Source of the DNA: the human T2T-CHM13v2.0 reference genome, Homo sapiens
Direction: 5' to 3' (one strand)
Length of the DNA stretch: 64,000 nt
NCBI RefSeq assembly: GCF_009914755.1
Contig: NC_060948.1
The position numbers and the translations under genes were made by a program. Below, piece after piece: positions 13,501 to 27,250 of the stretch (the first letter of the stretch is position 1; each line of letters opens with the position of its first letter). The notes under the pieces were generated by a model that was not told the DNA's origin, did no database searches, and saw nothing but the letters and a program-made list of their open reading frames with translations.

Positions 13501-14589
13501 CTACTCAAGCAGAGAAAAATCTACGGGCAATTAAAAATCAAATTAAAATTATTGACAAGCTCAGGAAAAATGCAACTTTCAGCCCCTGGTAGCTACAGTC
13601 CCTCTTTAATGAATTCCAGTATTCTTTATAAAATTGGCTAATCCCTGTAATAAGCCCTCTCTTGCTTATATGTCTTGTGCTAATATTTGAATTTTGTATA
13701 CTCAAAACTGTAACTCAATTTTTTTTTCTCCTGTCGAAGCCATCAAACCTACATAGTGCTGCAAACTGAACCACACATGGACACACTGCTCTTCTGAGGA
13801 CCCCTAGGTGAACCCCAGAAGGAACCCTCCCTGCTGTTCCCCATTTGCTGTGCCCTTTTAGCATGAAGCATCCAGAAAGAGTCATCGCCCCAAACCCTCT
13901 AACATCAGTTAAGGTGACTTCTGCAGACGGGGAGAGATGGAATGTTAAAGGAGTTATTAAGAAATTATTTTAAGCAGATAGAGAAGAAAAGAGGCCCTTG
14001 GAAATTTTTTCTCTTTTAAAGCAGCTCCAGAAATGTTTCTTGTTTCACAGGAAAGCCCCAGATCTTAGATCCAGAAAGCAAACTTTGATATGCAAATGCT
14101 GGCCAGAAGAAAATGGGCCCACCCAAGCGTCGCAATTCCTGCCTTCTTCTCTTTAACCTTGCCTTCACATGTCCCTGGCAGCATGGCCACCCTCATACAT
14201 CCCCACATGTGTAGAATGGTGCCCTGCATTTTCATATTGAAAGGCTAGGGTGGGAGAGCCAGGTTTTTCAGAGGCTATGTGAGTGACATGCCTGGTCAAA
14301 CCATTCCCCTGAGACTAGGCAAATCAGACATCGTCTCCTCCAGCCTTCTCCTATAACTGGTTGATTTCCCCAGCACTTGCAGTTTCCTCAGTCAGCTTTG
14401 GAGTCCCTCTCCCTTTGTCTCAGTACAAGGGAGCTTCTTCCTTCTTTATTGTCTATTATGCTCTCTTCCTTAAAACTCCACGTGTGTTCATGTCATTTTT
14501 TCCAATTCGCATGAGACAAAAGCCATGGTGTTCCTCCATTCTTCAGAGCCATATCATAATCAATACTAAAGTAAAGACATTTTCATAAT

Positions 14590-15600
14590 TTCAACGAGCC
14601 CTTAAAAATCAGGTAAAAAAAGAAAAAATGGGAAAAAAATAGATAGTTTGCAGCAAAAAACAAAATGTCAAACAAAGATGAACAAAATGTTAAACAAAGA
14701 TGAACAAAATTTTTATATGCTGAATAAACAAGAACAAAATTATAAATGCAAATTAATACAGCAGTGAAGCCATTCTTTCCCCTATAACACCACTAGATTA
14801 AAGCTTTGATAATGCTAATGTTGTCAAGGGAGTGGCTGTATGGGTACACTCATTTACTTTGGAAAGAAATTTGTCAATGCTTATATATATTCAACGTGCA
14901 GGTGCCCTTTAATGCGCTCATTCCACTTCTAGAAATTTACACAGCTGTACTTTCACAAGGTCACAAAGGGTGCACACTGCACGAAGGTTGCTTCTAATGG
15001 CCAAAAGCAAACAATGAAACACCTAACTCTCCATCAATAGGGGGTTAAATACGTTCTTTTAAAAATAATCATGAACTCCTTTCAGTGAGGGGATTACAGT
15101 TAGATTGTTCTATCACAGTCTGCATTTCCTCCTGGGATCACTTGACCTAAATTTGCAAACATTAACGTTCACTCTTGGTGATGTAAACTCTATGGGCTTT
15201 GACATTGGGTGTTTTCATTCTCTTAACAGTGTCTTCCACAGAAATGTTTTTAATTGCAATAAAGTCTAACTCATCTACTTTTTCATTTGATATGTCTCGC
15301 TTTTGGTGTTACAGCTCATCATGAAACCCAAGATCACATAGACTTTCTCCTGTTTTCATCTGGGTGTTTTATAGTTTTGCATTTCACATTTAGATCTAGA
15401 GTTCATTTCTGCGCACATGATTATCCAATTGTTCCAGCACCACTTGTTGAAAAGACTATCTTTCCTTTATTGAAATCCTTTTGCAACTTGGTAGAAAACA
15501 AGAAATCAATTGACCATATTTTTATTAATCAATTTCTGAACTTTCTAAGTCTGGCCCCATTGATGTATGTGCCTATTTGTTTGCAAAATGCAGATAAGAA
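14590..15600. mobile_element. Old L1M fragments
   Basis: Degenerate L1 motifs (ATTCCACTTCTAGAAATTTAC; CCAGCACCACTTGTTGAAAAGACTATC). Confidence 0.55.
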
Positions 15601-16133
15601 TATGAGCTTCCAAAAAGCAAAAGACCAATGTCCAAATTTTCTTCCCTAATTCAAGTTCTGTGTGCATCATTTTCTCAAGTATCCTTATCTCTAAAAGCAA
15701 TTATTAGGAGTAGAAAAAATAGGTGACTAGAATCTAGGGGGAAATGTACCCTGGACATTCAACAACTTAGAAGCACCTGAGCATAGATATAGTCAGATAC
15801 GATAAGAACATAGGTTTCTGAGTCAGGGTTACAGACAACAGTTAGGTACAACATAACTTCCTACAGATTCTCTGTTGGTTAATTGGAAGCCAACAATTTT
15901 TAAAATAATTTTATTTTGCCAGGAGCTATTTTATTGTGAGCTAAAGTTCTACCCAAATTTTGTCACTGTGCTATCTGCCATGCCCGCTACTCAATGTTCT
16001 CTCACTTCTAGAAACTTTATTGGGATGCTAGGTAAAGCTGGTAAGGGCTGCTGACCAGATTTCTTTCTGAAATGGCGGCATTTAAAAAAACTGTAAAGGT
16101 AATAAAAATATTTTAAAAAATAATCTATCTATT

Positions 16134-16161
16134 CCAATTACATAGTCCTCCTTTCTTTTTC

Positions 16162-16233
<72 letters not shown>

Positions 16234-16417
16234 TCCCTTCCTTCCTTCCTTCCTTCCTTTCTTTCTCTTTCCTCTTTCTCTTTCTTCTCTTTCTTTCTTT
16301 TTCTCTTTTTCTCTTTCTTTCTTTTTTACTTTCTTTCTCCTTCCTTCCTTCCTTTCTGAATTTCATTTCTTTTCTTTGTTGTTGTTTGGCATGGTGTCTA
16401 GCTCTGTCACCCATGCT
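16134..16417 (-). repeat. DYS385: Y-STR DYS385, left copy: [AAGG]6[GAAA]18 (TTTC tract 16164-16235)
   Basis: Flanked by CCAATTACATAGTCCTCCTTTC (16134) and the complement of AGCATGGGTGACAGAGCTA (16399-16417), which I recognise as DYS385 primer sites. TGGGATGCTAGGTAAAGCTG is at 16021. The 72-bp TTTC tract equals 18 units. Confidence 0.93.
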
Positions 16418-16670
16418 GGATTGCAGTGCCATCATTTCAGTTCATGACACCCTTTACATTTCAGGTTCAAACAATTACCCTGCCTCAGCCTCCCAAGTAG
16501 CTGGGATTACATGCACTTGTCAACAGACCTGGCAAGTTTTTGTATTTTTAGTAAATAAAGGTTTTCATTATGTTGTCCAGGCTGATCTCAAACTCCTTAT
16601 CTTAAGTGATATACCCACTTTAGCCTTCCAAATTGCTGGGATTACTGGCAAGGACCATCATGCGTGGCCC
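16385..16670 (-). mobile_element. Alu whose A-rich tail expanded into DYS385 (mirror 56666-56951)
   Basis: Alu body directly abuts the GAAA/AAGG compound repeat. Confidence 0.85.
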
Positions 16671-16919
16671 GTAGATTGTTTCTTAATATCCCTTCAAGCC
16701 AGAAATTTCCTTTGGTAGTAAGAGTTAAGCAACAGATACCAGCCATGTACCTTAGAATTATGCTACCCTGTATGGTAGTCATTATGCACATGTAGTTTAT
16801 TAAGCATAGATTAAAAATTCAGTTATTCAGTCACACTAGCGATAGTTTTAAGGAAAGAAATAAAGGGAAATTGCATTCCTAGTCTCTGACAAAACAGATT
16901 TAAAATATTTTTACTTAGC

Positions 16920-18594
16920 CTTCCTAAGCCTCCTGACTGTGTAATTTTACCATCAGCTTTCACTGAAGGTAATTATTGCTTGATGAAGACTTAGTAGTGC
17001 CACTTTGTAAATTGTGCCTTGTTGTGATTTCTGATCACTTTTTTTTCTTTTCCTTCTCTCTTATTTAACTTTGCATTTGTGTGTTTGATGTTTTCCTGTA
17101 GTGGTATTTGCTAAACCATTTATATTTTCTGTGTAGTCGAAGTTCATGTAAAAACGTTTGAGGCACTATGTGGTGGTTGTAAGTTGATAATAACATCACT
17201 GAAATTGATTGCATGTATATATATGCATGTATATAATATATATATAATATTTATATTTAATATTTGTGTGTAGATGTATATAATAATTTTATATAGTATA
17301 TATCTGTACATATATGTTATATATACCTGCATACTATATATACATTTTATATAGTATATGTGTGTATATATACCATAATATATATCATATATGTGTATGA
17401 ATAATATATAAAATATGTAATACATAATACAATAAATAGATATAGGTATGAATGTGTGTATATATGTTATATATAGTACATATTTGTTAATATAAAATAT
17501 AACATATCATATATAACATTGCATATAATATATACTGTATAACATTTAACATTTATAATATATAACATACAAAATATATATGTATTAAATATAACATACA
17601 TAATATATTTAAGCAATGAAAAGTGTATGTGTATATACCTATATATTATATAGCTTATATAATATATATTTCATATTATATATTAGATATTATATATATG
17701 CATACATAAGATATATATACACACATCTATACAGATATTTATTTATTTATTTTAAAATATGTAATTTTGTAATATGTATTCCTTGTCAAATTAAAGCAGC
17801 CATTATTGTTTGCAATCATTTTATCTCTTCACCTTCACATTAAAGATACACATTATTAACACACCTCCATTACAGTATCAAAATGTTCTTTATTTTACTG
17901 AGCGCTTTTATCAGAGCTTTATCCTTTCTTATGTTTTCATGTACTCATTTGTGTTTTTGTCTTCCAGCATGAACTCCTCCCTTATCATGGTTTATAAGAT
18001 AGGTCTTATGGCAATAAAATTCCTCCGATTTTGCTTATTTGGTAAACTTCATCTTTCCTTTATTTTGGAGAAAACTTGTCCTGGGTGCATTACTCTTATA
18101 GGCAGGATTTTTTTCTTCATATTACTATTAATATTTAAATGTTATCTCACTCACACATTAATTGCAGTGTCTCTTCTGACAAATCTGCTAGCTGTTGACG
18201 AATGTCATGTAGGTGATTTTATTTTTTGTGATGTGTGTGTGTGTGTGTGTGTGTTTCTGCTTTCAAGACTGGCTCTTGTGTTTGTTTGTTTGTTTTTAAT
18301 TTTGAAAGCTTCACTACAAAATATTTTAGTGTCATTTTGTACAAGTCAGTCTGGTTGGAAAAGTCTGACCTTTGTATGTCTAAATACTTACATGTTTATT
18401 CCGGTTTGGAAAGCCCTCTGCTATCATTTAAAAACTGTTATTTCTACCTTTTTTTTTCTTGTTTTGTTATTCTGGTGATGAGCAACATTACTGTCTTTAT
18501 GCTGTTTCATAAGCTCTCTTTTTCTTCTTTTATACTACAGTTTTCTGCTGAGACTCTGTATTTTGAAATGACTTGTGGTTTACTTCCCAGAATG

Positions 18595-18638
<44 letters not shown>

Positions 18639-19140
18639 CAGATCAAATTTGTCATTGATGCTCTTTTTTATTTTAATATTTGTAAAATATATTTTAGCTT
18701 CTGTTTTTTGTTTGTTTGTTTTTTCATCATTATTATGCCAGGGTAGGTCTGGCATCTTTCAGTAGAGGTACCAGTCTGCAGGCCTAGCCCCTGAGAGCCT
18801 TCTCGGTGCTCTGTGGTATGCCGATGTTAGGATTTAAGGAAAGTTTGGTTATCATTTTCGTCTCCTCCAATCAGTCATTTTCTCTCTCTGCACTTTGCTA
18901 ACAGGTTATTGGAAGGATGACATGCCTAGTATAAAACTCCCATTGCTCTCCTTTTTAATAATGTCTTTTCTTACTGTGTTACCATCCGGTACTGCTATCA
19001 CCCATCTGGTTTCAGTCTTATGTATGAGCATATGTTTTCAATTGTGGGTATTTGTTCATATTGATTATTCTATCAGTGGGTGGTGATTACTGAAGTTTTG
19101 CATTTCCCATTCCTTCTCCTTGCCTCTCCTCAACCTTTTA
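16920..19140 (-). mobile_element. Old L1M fragments (ORF1/ORF2 region, antisense) with AT-rich low-complexity tract 17210-17750 and (GT)n repeats
   Basis: T-rich, degenerate L1 antisense motifs; the long ORFs here are low-complexity. Confidence 0.55.
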
Positions 19141-19448
19141 CTTCATGTTGAAATTATACATGTGTTTATCAATTTATAAATCTTGATACCGTTCTTTTCT
19201 TATGATGGTTGTAAATTTTCTAGTTCTGTAATATCTGTGCTCCTCAATATTTTGTTATGAATATAGTTTTCTGACAGAATACAGCCTGACAGCCATTATT
19301 ATTAGAGAAAGTTATGAAATGCCCAGCTGCGTAAATATTGTACAATGTGTCCCTTAGTGTGGATGGAGATTTGGTTACTGCATTAATCTTATATGTATTA
19401 TTATTATAATATGCTTGTGACCTTTTAGGCTTTATAAATTCTGTTTTT

Positions 19449-19510
<62 letters not shown>

Positions 19511-20464
19511 TTCAAGTTGTATAAATCTTAAATGCTACTCAATATGAACTTATTGGTGAGGAGTGCCTATGTTGTGCAGTTTTCCTGAAGACTAATGCAT
19601 ATTCTTATTGTCAGCCCACCTATATTGTACATGTACAGAAATTAGTTGGCAGTATACTACCTATGTATTTTTTATACCTTAAAACTTGCATGTATCAACT
19701 TTACCTTTCCCTTTTTTTGTGAGATGCAAGCATCTAGGATTTATAAAAATATATTCTCTTCCATTGTAAGAAAATTTATGTGATCAACCTAGTTCTCATT
19801 CTCACCTAGAATTTAATGGAACTAGAGACTTACAAACCTTTTTTTTCCCCATATGATTACATTGTTTTTGCTGCCAATGTGAATGCATATATTATTGAAT
19901 ATATATATTAGCTGACAATTCACATTAGTAATTTTTTTGTTCTGGAGTATAAAATGCAAACTCTGAACTGCAAGATCTGTGCTAATTTTCTTTGCTGGGT
20001 ATGAATGCATTGTGGCCTGGTTTGAAAACTCCCAAAATTTCCCTCTTTGACCATGGATGTATTTATTCCACTATGATAAAACTCTTTAGAAGTTTAGCTT
20101 GTAAGGAAATCCTTTTGAGTAAATACATTTATATATGTTGATGGGTTTTTTGGCTGTATTAATATGGGATGGCGTTTAACATTGGATAAAAATAAATTTC
20201 TGAGATATCAATTTTTTCTTGTTTGAATGTATATATATATAATGCATATATGCATACATATTTGAAAATGTATATAAAGAAAAGTAACAGCACACACACA
20301 CACAAACACAATCTCCTTTCCTTGACCATGGAAACCATGTGCTCACTATGTCAAACCAGTCTCTTTCTTGGATATGGGTGTGCATTTCACATAAAAATTT
20401 TCCAGCCTGTTTAAATTTACGTGTAAATGCAGCATGTCTACATTCTTTTTTTGTTCTTTCTTAA

Positions 20465-21450
20465 CATTTTTATTTTCTTTTCAATACCAATATCACATGT
20501 CGTTGTTTGTTACATGGAATTATTGCGTGATAGTGGGTTATGCAGTGTGGATTTCATCACCCAGCTAGTGAGCATGGTATCCAATAGGTAGCTTTTTAGC
20601 TCACTTCATTTTTTTTATTCTGTACATTTCCATAGTGTCTGCTGTTTCCATATTTATATGAATGTGTTTCAATTCTCATCTTCTGCTTATAAATGAAAAC
20701 GTGGTATTTTTTTCTTTTCCTGTAATAAATATGGCCTCTGTCTGCATCCATGTTGCTATAAATGTAATCATTTCATTCTGTTTTATTGCTGCATAGTATT
20801 CCTTTGTGCATAGATACATTTTTTACATCCCATCTACCACTGATGAACTGAATACTAGTTTTCTTTATCCACTCCACCTAGGTTGACTCCATGTTTTTGC
20901 AAATTTGTGGAGTGCTGCATTAAAGGTTTGAAAGCATTTGTGTTTTTGTTGGGATAATGTATTTTTCATTTCTGGACATATATCAATGATAGAATTTCTG
21001 TGTGGAATGTTAGCTTCATTTTAAGTTATTTGATAAATCTTCATCATGCTTTTTTAAGTAGCTGAACTCTTCTGCATTCTCATCAGCAATGGAGAAGCAT
21101 TTTTAATTCTCTGCAGCTTCATTAGCACCTGTGTTTTGTAAAATTTTTTGACTCTTAAATAACAGGCATTCTGACTGTTGTGAGATGGAATATAATTGTG
21201 GTTTGGATTTGCATTCATGAATAAATTAATCATCTGCATTCATGAATAAATAAATCAATATTTTATCAGATATTTATTAGCCATTTTCATGTTGTTTAGA
21301 GAAAGGTCTGTTCATTAATTTAAGTACTTTTAATAGTTATTTGTTTTTTGCTTGTTGATGTGTTAGTTTCCTGTAGATGCTGAATTTTAGACTCTGTTGG
21401 TGCAGCTGGGAAATATCTTCTCTTGTTCTTAGGTTTTCTGTTTGCTCCAC
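20465..21450 (-). mobile_element. L1PA15/16- or L1PB-like 3' fragment
   Basis: TTTGTTACATGG...TCATCACCCAG.TAGTGAGCAT...CCAATAGGTAG and TGCATCCATGTTGCT motifs. Confidence 0.7.
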
Positions 21451-21517
21451 ACTAATCTTGATGATAATTGGCTCAATTTTACAATACCTTCCTAAAAAAA
21501 ATAGAGCATTCTGTGCT

Positions 21518-21970
21518 TGTCAGGCCTCTGAGCCCAAGCCAAGCCATGCATCCCCTGTGACCTGCACGTATACGCCCAGATGGCCTGAAGTAAGTAACTG
21601 AAGAATCACAAAAGAAGTGAATATGTTCTGCCCCACCTTAACTGATGACATTCCACCACAAAAGAAGTGTAAATGGCTGGTCCTTGCCGTAACTGATGAC
21701 ATTACCTTGTGAAAGTCCTTTTCCTGGCTCATTCTGGCTCAAAAAGCACGCCCACCGAGCACCTTGCGACCCCTACTCCTGCCCGCCAGAGAACAAACCC
21801 CTTTGACTGTAATTTTCCTTTACCTACACAAATCGTATAAAACGGTCCCACCCTTATCTCCCTTGGCTGACTCTCTTTTTGGACTCAGCCCACCTGCACC
21901 CAGGCGATTAAAAGCTTTATTGCTCACACAAAGCCTGTTTGGTGGTCTCTTCACACGGATGCACATGAAA
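21518..21970 (+). mobile_element. Solo LTR7 (HERV-H)
   Basis: TGTCAGGCCTCTGAGCCCAAGC...GGTGGTCTCTTCACACGGATGCACATGAAA, 453 bp, perfect 5-bp TSD GTGCT (21513-21517 and 21971-21975). Confidence 0.93.
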
Positions 21971-23826
21971 GTGCTCATTTTACAAAGATAATGGATTCGC
22001 TCCTGTAACATGCCTGGCTTCTCTGTAAATTGATAAAAGCTTATATTTATATCCATATAGGCCTTTTCTTCCACATTGGACAGAGATGTCCTTGCTCACT
22101 TTGTAAATTCTGTGCTACACATGCATAGGTATTACCATAAGCCTGTAGGTTGCATAAATCCTGGTTGCTCAGTTTTATTATGATTATGATTATTCTTCTT
22201 TAACAAGGATGCATAGTGTCAGGTAATTCAAACCTAGCTTTGTTCTAACTTTGATGTAAATCAAAGTTTCTCGATTGTATACAGTTAGGAAGAATATTTC
22301 CAATGTCTGCAAGAATACTCACATACCTTGGTTATTTTGCACACAAAGTAACCCGTGTGTTACAGAAACATTGGCCACTTGTTTCTTTATAAAACTGTAC
22401 ATCTCTCCTAAAAGAATATTGAAAGCTGCTTGAAGGGAAATGCATTCTTTTTACCTTTATACCTGCTGTCTTTGACCGTCACTGAAAATCAACACAAGCT
22501 TCCTGGCTGTATGCAAACTGAACTCTTTATTTCCTTGTCCTAGATTTAGAACTTTCTGATAAGTTCTGGGTTAATCCTACCAGGTCACTAATGTGAGCTT
22601 CTTGTTTGTGAATGAACAGACACATATACACACATTTGAATTTTTAAAATTTTTGCATATGAATAAGAAAGCTTAGGAGCGATCTTCTGAATTCTAGTTT
22701 TTTGGAACTGAGATGCTAAATTTAAATTTGTATGAACAATGGCCTTTCCTTTCTCTCAGATAGATGAAAGCTTTTGAGACATTTTTTGAGACATTTATCC
22801 CTCTCCAACATATACATATATATATTTTTTGAGGCAGGGTCCCATTTTGTTACCCACTATATAAGTTCATGTCAATATAAAAATCCAAGTAGGTCAGTGT
22901 TCCTATATTATATTTATGTATACATATATACATATGTGTCTGTGTGTACTTATGTATGTATGCAATGTAAAGAAGAATACTTACAGCTAACTTTACACAC
23001 TATATTCAATGTAGACATGCTAGGCTTTATAAATCACATAGATAAATGCTATATTCTTGGAATGAAAAGTGTGGTGTTTGTACCTACCAGTCATTTTCAT
23101 TACAAGTAGGAACACTTTCATAAGGCTAGGGCTTAATAGAACAAAAAAATTCATATTTAGGAATGAGAAGAAATGGTGCCAGAAAACAAAAATGGTACTC
23201 ACTATGGAAAAAGTATAATCAGCTGCACTGAAAAACCTCAAACACAAACAAAGAATTACAAAAATACATCAAAATATCAAAGAGGTAAGCTCATTTATCT
23301 TGCTCTTTTGGGACAGGGCAAGCTCATTTGTATTCAGGACAGTAGGACACAGGCTTTATGCAGTAAGGATCTTACACCCATGGCAACTAAAAAATTCACA
23401 GAAGAGCATACGGGTCTACAGCCAGAGCTCATATATATGTAACAATACTTTTTCAAACAAAGGATTGGATGTTTACTACAGAAATAAGATGTCAAAATTC
23501 AGTTTTTGCTACATAATTACTGATTACTTGACCTGATATGAGCATGCCCCATGCCTGTGTAAACTCTGCCTTCCACTTGTCATTAAGGTAAGTAAGCTGT
23601 AGCTTTCAAAGCTCAGACCTTCTTTGTATATGAGTGACATGCTTCAAACAACCCAAACACTCTTAACTTAATCAAAATCAAAAACAAAAACAACAACAAA
23701 AAAATTCTCCAGGTTTATATTTGAGAGTTTTTAACCTTAAAAATAAAAGTTAGTTCAGGTAATATGTCAGCAAGAAGGTCTTATTTATATCCCTACTCTC
23801 CTGTTATGAATTATAATTGGCTGACC

Positions 23827-24658
23827 AAGTGGGCGAAGGATATGAACAGACACTTCTCAAAAGAAGACATTTATGCAGCCAAAAGACACATGAAAAAATG
23901 CTCATCATCACTGGCCCTCAGAGAAATGCAAATACAAACCACAATGAGATACCATCTCATACCAGTTAGAATGGTGATCATTAAAAAGTCAGGAAACAAC
24001 AGGTGCTGGAGAGGATGTGGAGTAATAGGAACACTTTTACAGTGTTGGTGGGACTGTAACCTAGTTCCAACATTGTGGAAGTCAGTGTGGTGATTCTTCG
24101 GGGATCTAGAATTAGAAACACCATTTGACCCAGCAATCATATTACTGGGTATATACCCAAAGGATTATAAATCATGCTTGTATAAGGAAACATGCACATG
24201 TATGTTTATTGTGGCACTATTCACAATAGGAAAGACTTGGAACCAACCCAAATGTCAAACAATGGTAGACTGGATGAAGAAAATGTGGCACATATACACC
24301 ATGGAATACTATGCAGCTGTAAAAAATGATGAGTTCATGTCCTTTGTAGGGACATGGATGAAGCTGGAAACCATAATTCTCAGCAAACTATCACAAGGAC
24401 AAAAACCACACACTGCATGTTCTCACTCATAGGCGGGAATTGAACAATGAGAACAAATGGACACAGGAAGGGGAACTTCACATACCGGGGCCTGTTGTGG
24501 GGTTGGGAGAGTGGGAAGGGATAGCATTTGGAGATATACCTAATGTTAAATGATGAGTTACTGGGTTCAGCACACCAACGTGGCACATGTATACATATGT
24601 AACTAACCTGCATGTTGTGCACATGTACCCTAAAACTTAAAGTATAATAATAAAAAAA
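23827..24658 (+). mobile_element. 5'-truncated L1PA (about L1PA3-5) 3' end
   Basis: ORF2 C-terminus [16 protein letters not shown]...RCWRGCG, 3' UTR, CTTAAAGTATAATAATAAAA. Near-perfect TSD AATT(G)GCTGACC. Confidence 0.93.
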
Positions 24659-25226
24659 TTGCTGACCTCATAATTGAAAAAGAATCTTTTGTTGAATACC
24701 TAGTGAGATCTCTGATTATGTAATCTTAGCTGTATTTCTGGCATTTTTGATAACTTTCTCATGCTAAATACCTGGCTTTTAAAATTTCAAACTTCATCAA
24801 CTTAGATAGGGATAAGAACTTCCTGGCTTTACATAAGCTTGATGGCTTTCTTGGGGTGGATCTGTGGTCATGGGCTGTATGTGGTCTTCCTGGCTTTGCC
24901 AATCTTCACACTTCTCCTTGATTTAAAAGATAACTGTCAGAGCTGTACAAACAATAGACTGCTATTTTATTGAATATTGAATTCTACTTTCTGATTGAGA
25001 AACCCTGGACCCTCTATTTTAAAGATATAAATATAACAATTGAGATTTATAAATTATAGACTAGCTTTTTGGATAGGAGCATGTCTATGCTTTTATCTCT
25101 TTCCTGTGGACATAGATTGACCATTTAAATACAACCCAAACTCTTCCTTTTTGATAAAGAAGTATTATCTGTAAATATACAGAAAGTGCAGTTCTGGACT
25201 ATGGATGCAACTTCCGATCTGTGTAA

Positions 25227-25603
<377 letters not shown>

Positions 25604-26121
25604 TGTAACAGCCTATTATAAAATGTGGTGTTGGGTTTATCCAAAGCTGTGTGTTCTTTTTGGCCTGGATATAGCTACAACATTTCCAGCTCTCTAAACT
25701 CTAACCTCCCTTACATGCTCTTTAAAGTATAAATATTGCTATATCAGAAGCAGGCAAACTGTGATCTCTTAACCGTCTTTAACCAACTGTGGTGGGGGCT
25801 TACTATGAGCAGAGAGAGACTTATCATAGAGTAACAGTTCAGAGCAAGAGCTTTGGCGTCAGACTTGGGCTTGAGTGCAAGCTTCACAGTCAACTGTGAC
25901 CTGAGAAGGGAGAAGAGTGAGCCCTTCCCAGTTGTTTTAGATGATATTGCTAGTATGGTAGCCTGCATATGGCTAAATGCTCAGCCATGTAAACAAAAGT
26001 CTTATTATTAAGTTTTCCCTGGGGCTATATATTTTACTTCAGCTAAATGCTGATATTCATAGAATCGTGTAGAAGAATAGGTAGGTATAAAGAAATGCAA
26101 TGGTGCATTTATATTTTACAG

Positions 26122-27250
26122 AGTTCTTGAGGCTCTTGAGATTAATGGTGGCAGTAAATTCATCACTTTTTAAAGTAATTCTCCTTGGAGATGGTGAATT
26201 GGGAGGTGAAGTTGGGAGAAATTCACTTATAAATAGATTTTTAACTAATAAGTTTGATATAGAGCTATTTAAGACAATAGATGTGAAATTTTTAAATAAG
26301 ATTTGGAAGTGGATAAACATTTTGGTGCCACGCAGATTTGGGACATGTCAGGTCAGGAGTGATTCTAAAGCCTGAGGACATCATTTTACAGAGATTCTGT
26401 CTGCCGCCTGCTTACTTTTGTTATCGATGATTCACAAAGCTTCCAGAACTTTAGTAACTGGAAGAAAGAATTCATATATTATACAAATGTGGAAGAACAA
26501 GAGAGCTTTCCTTCTGTGGTTCTGAATAACAAGACTGACATAAACAAACAGCAGGTGTCTGCAAAATAAACCCAAGCTTGTGCATGGATGACGGCTATTA
26601 TTTTTACTTTGAAACAAGTGCAAAAGGTGCCACAAGTGCAGCAGCAGCCTTTGAGGAGGCGGTTTGAAGAGTTCCTGTGAACAAGGTTTGTTGGATCAGT
26701 TGACACACACAGACACAGTCAATCTTCATTGAAAGCCCAGGACTAGCTCATCTTGCCGTGAATTTTTAGAGGTTGTTGATGCATTCTAATCAACTCACAG
26801 GTATACACAAAATCACCATGGGGATAAAAAAAGAATTAGCGTTTGCAGCAGTGTATCATCTACTAATAAAATTCAAAGAATAGATTGTCCTTCTATATTA
26901 GCTGGTGGGAGAAGGGACACAGCCACTCATGGAAGAACATATTTTCTCAATAATGACACTTTACATCTATAAAGTTGTATTAAAATTGTAATGTTTTCAA
27001 GAACATTTCTTTGATTTACATATATAGATTACAGATCTCAGAAATGAGATAACCAAGACTAATTATAATTAAAATAAGAAACTTGACTACTCTAGAAGTT
27101 ATACCTGAATTTTTTTCTTGGGAAAATGTAGTACTACTTTTTACATATACAAGATTTTATGCAATTAGCATTGCATTCTTGGTTCAAGGAAATAATTTCC
27201 TAAAGCAAAAATGTTAGATATTGAAGACTAAAATCTAATGTATTTTCAGT
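26122..27250 (+). pseudogene. RAB9A: RAB9A unprocessed pseudogene: coding exon (CDS remnant 26145-26761) plus 3' UTR
   Basis: TTTACAG acceptor at 26121, then SSLFKVILLGDG, TNKFD, DDSQSFQNFSNWKKEFIYY, FETSAK, AAAFEEAV, HTDTVNLH*KP..SSSC. Insertion in the P-loop, frameshifts and stops. AATAAA near 26865. The 3' limit is approximate. Confidence 0.93.

Larger units (their letters stand above)
6103..14556 (+). mobile_element. MER4-group ERV1 non-autonomous provirus (LTRs ~6103-6747 and 13943-14556) in OFD1-pseudogene intron 5
   Basis: Two diverged direct LTRs (GGAGTTATTAAGAAAT...TTTTAAGCAGATAGAGA), PBS at 6751, gag-like remnants ([25 protein letters not shown] at ~8450-8770), env-TM-like tail at ~13600-13860, purine tract before 13943. 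Exact family (LTR27/MER50-like) uncertain. Confidence 0.8.
9328..16840 (+). repeat. Palindrome left arm (portion with an in-window partner; the arm probably extends to position 1 and beyond); MSY palindrome P4
   Basis: Reverse complement of 56496-64000. Mirrored ORFs translate identically (e.g. 10346..10528+/62800..62982-, 15287..15649+/57679..58041-). Coordinate sums are constant: 73328 outside and 73336 inside the STR. Identity ends at ...TCACACTAGC|G (16840). Confidence 0.97.

Noticed and set aside
14670-14712. Short tandem duplications (22 bp here; also ~21210-21250 and 46836-46867)
   Set aside because: Ordinary slippage duplications with two copies each; no array or spacer structure.
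11871-15649. Identical ORF pairs in both arms suggesting a conserved duplicated gene family
   Set aside because: Identity comes from the palindrome; the ORFs are short, lie in ERV/L1 sequence and lack homology.
16082-16435. Lys/Glu/Arg-rich ORF and its mirror 56901..57203
   Set aside because: Translation of the GAAA/AAGG microsatellite.
17810-18765. Longest ORFs in the track (222 and 176 aa)
   Set aside because: T-rich antisense old L1 plus (GT)n; Phe/Leu/Val/Cys low-complexity; no recognisable protein.
23161-23284. Candidate exon bounded by TTTAG and AG|GTAAG
   Set aside because: Weak polypyrimidine tract and no recognisable homology; such site pairs arise by chance.
26100-26375. Small GTPase ORF as a functional Rab
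   Set aside because: P-loop insertion, frameshift after FLNK, later stops and a damaged C-terminal CC motif.
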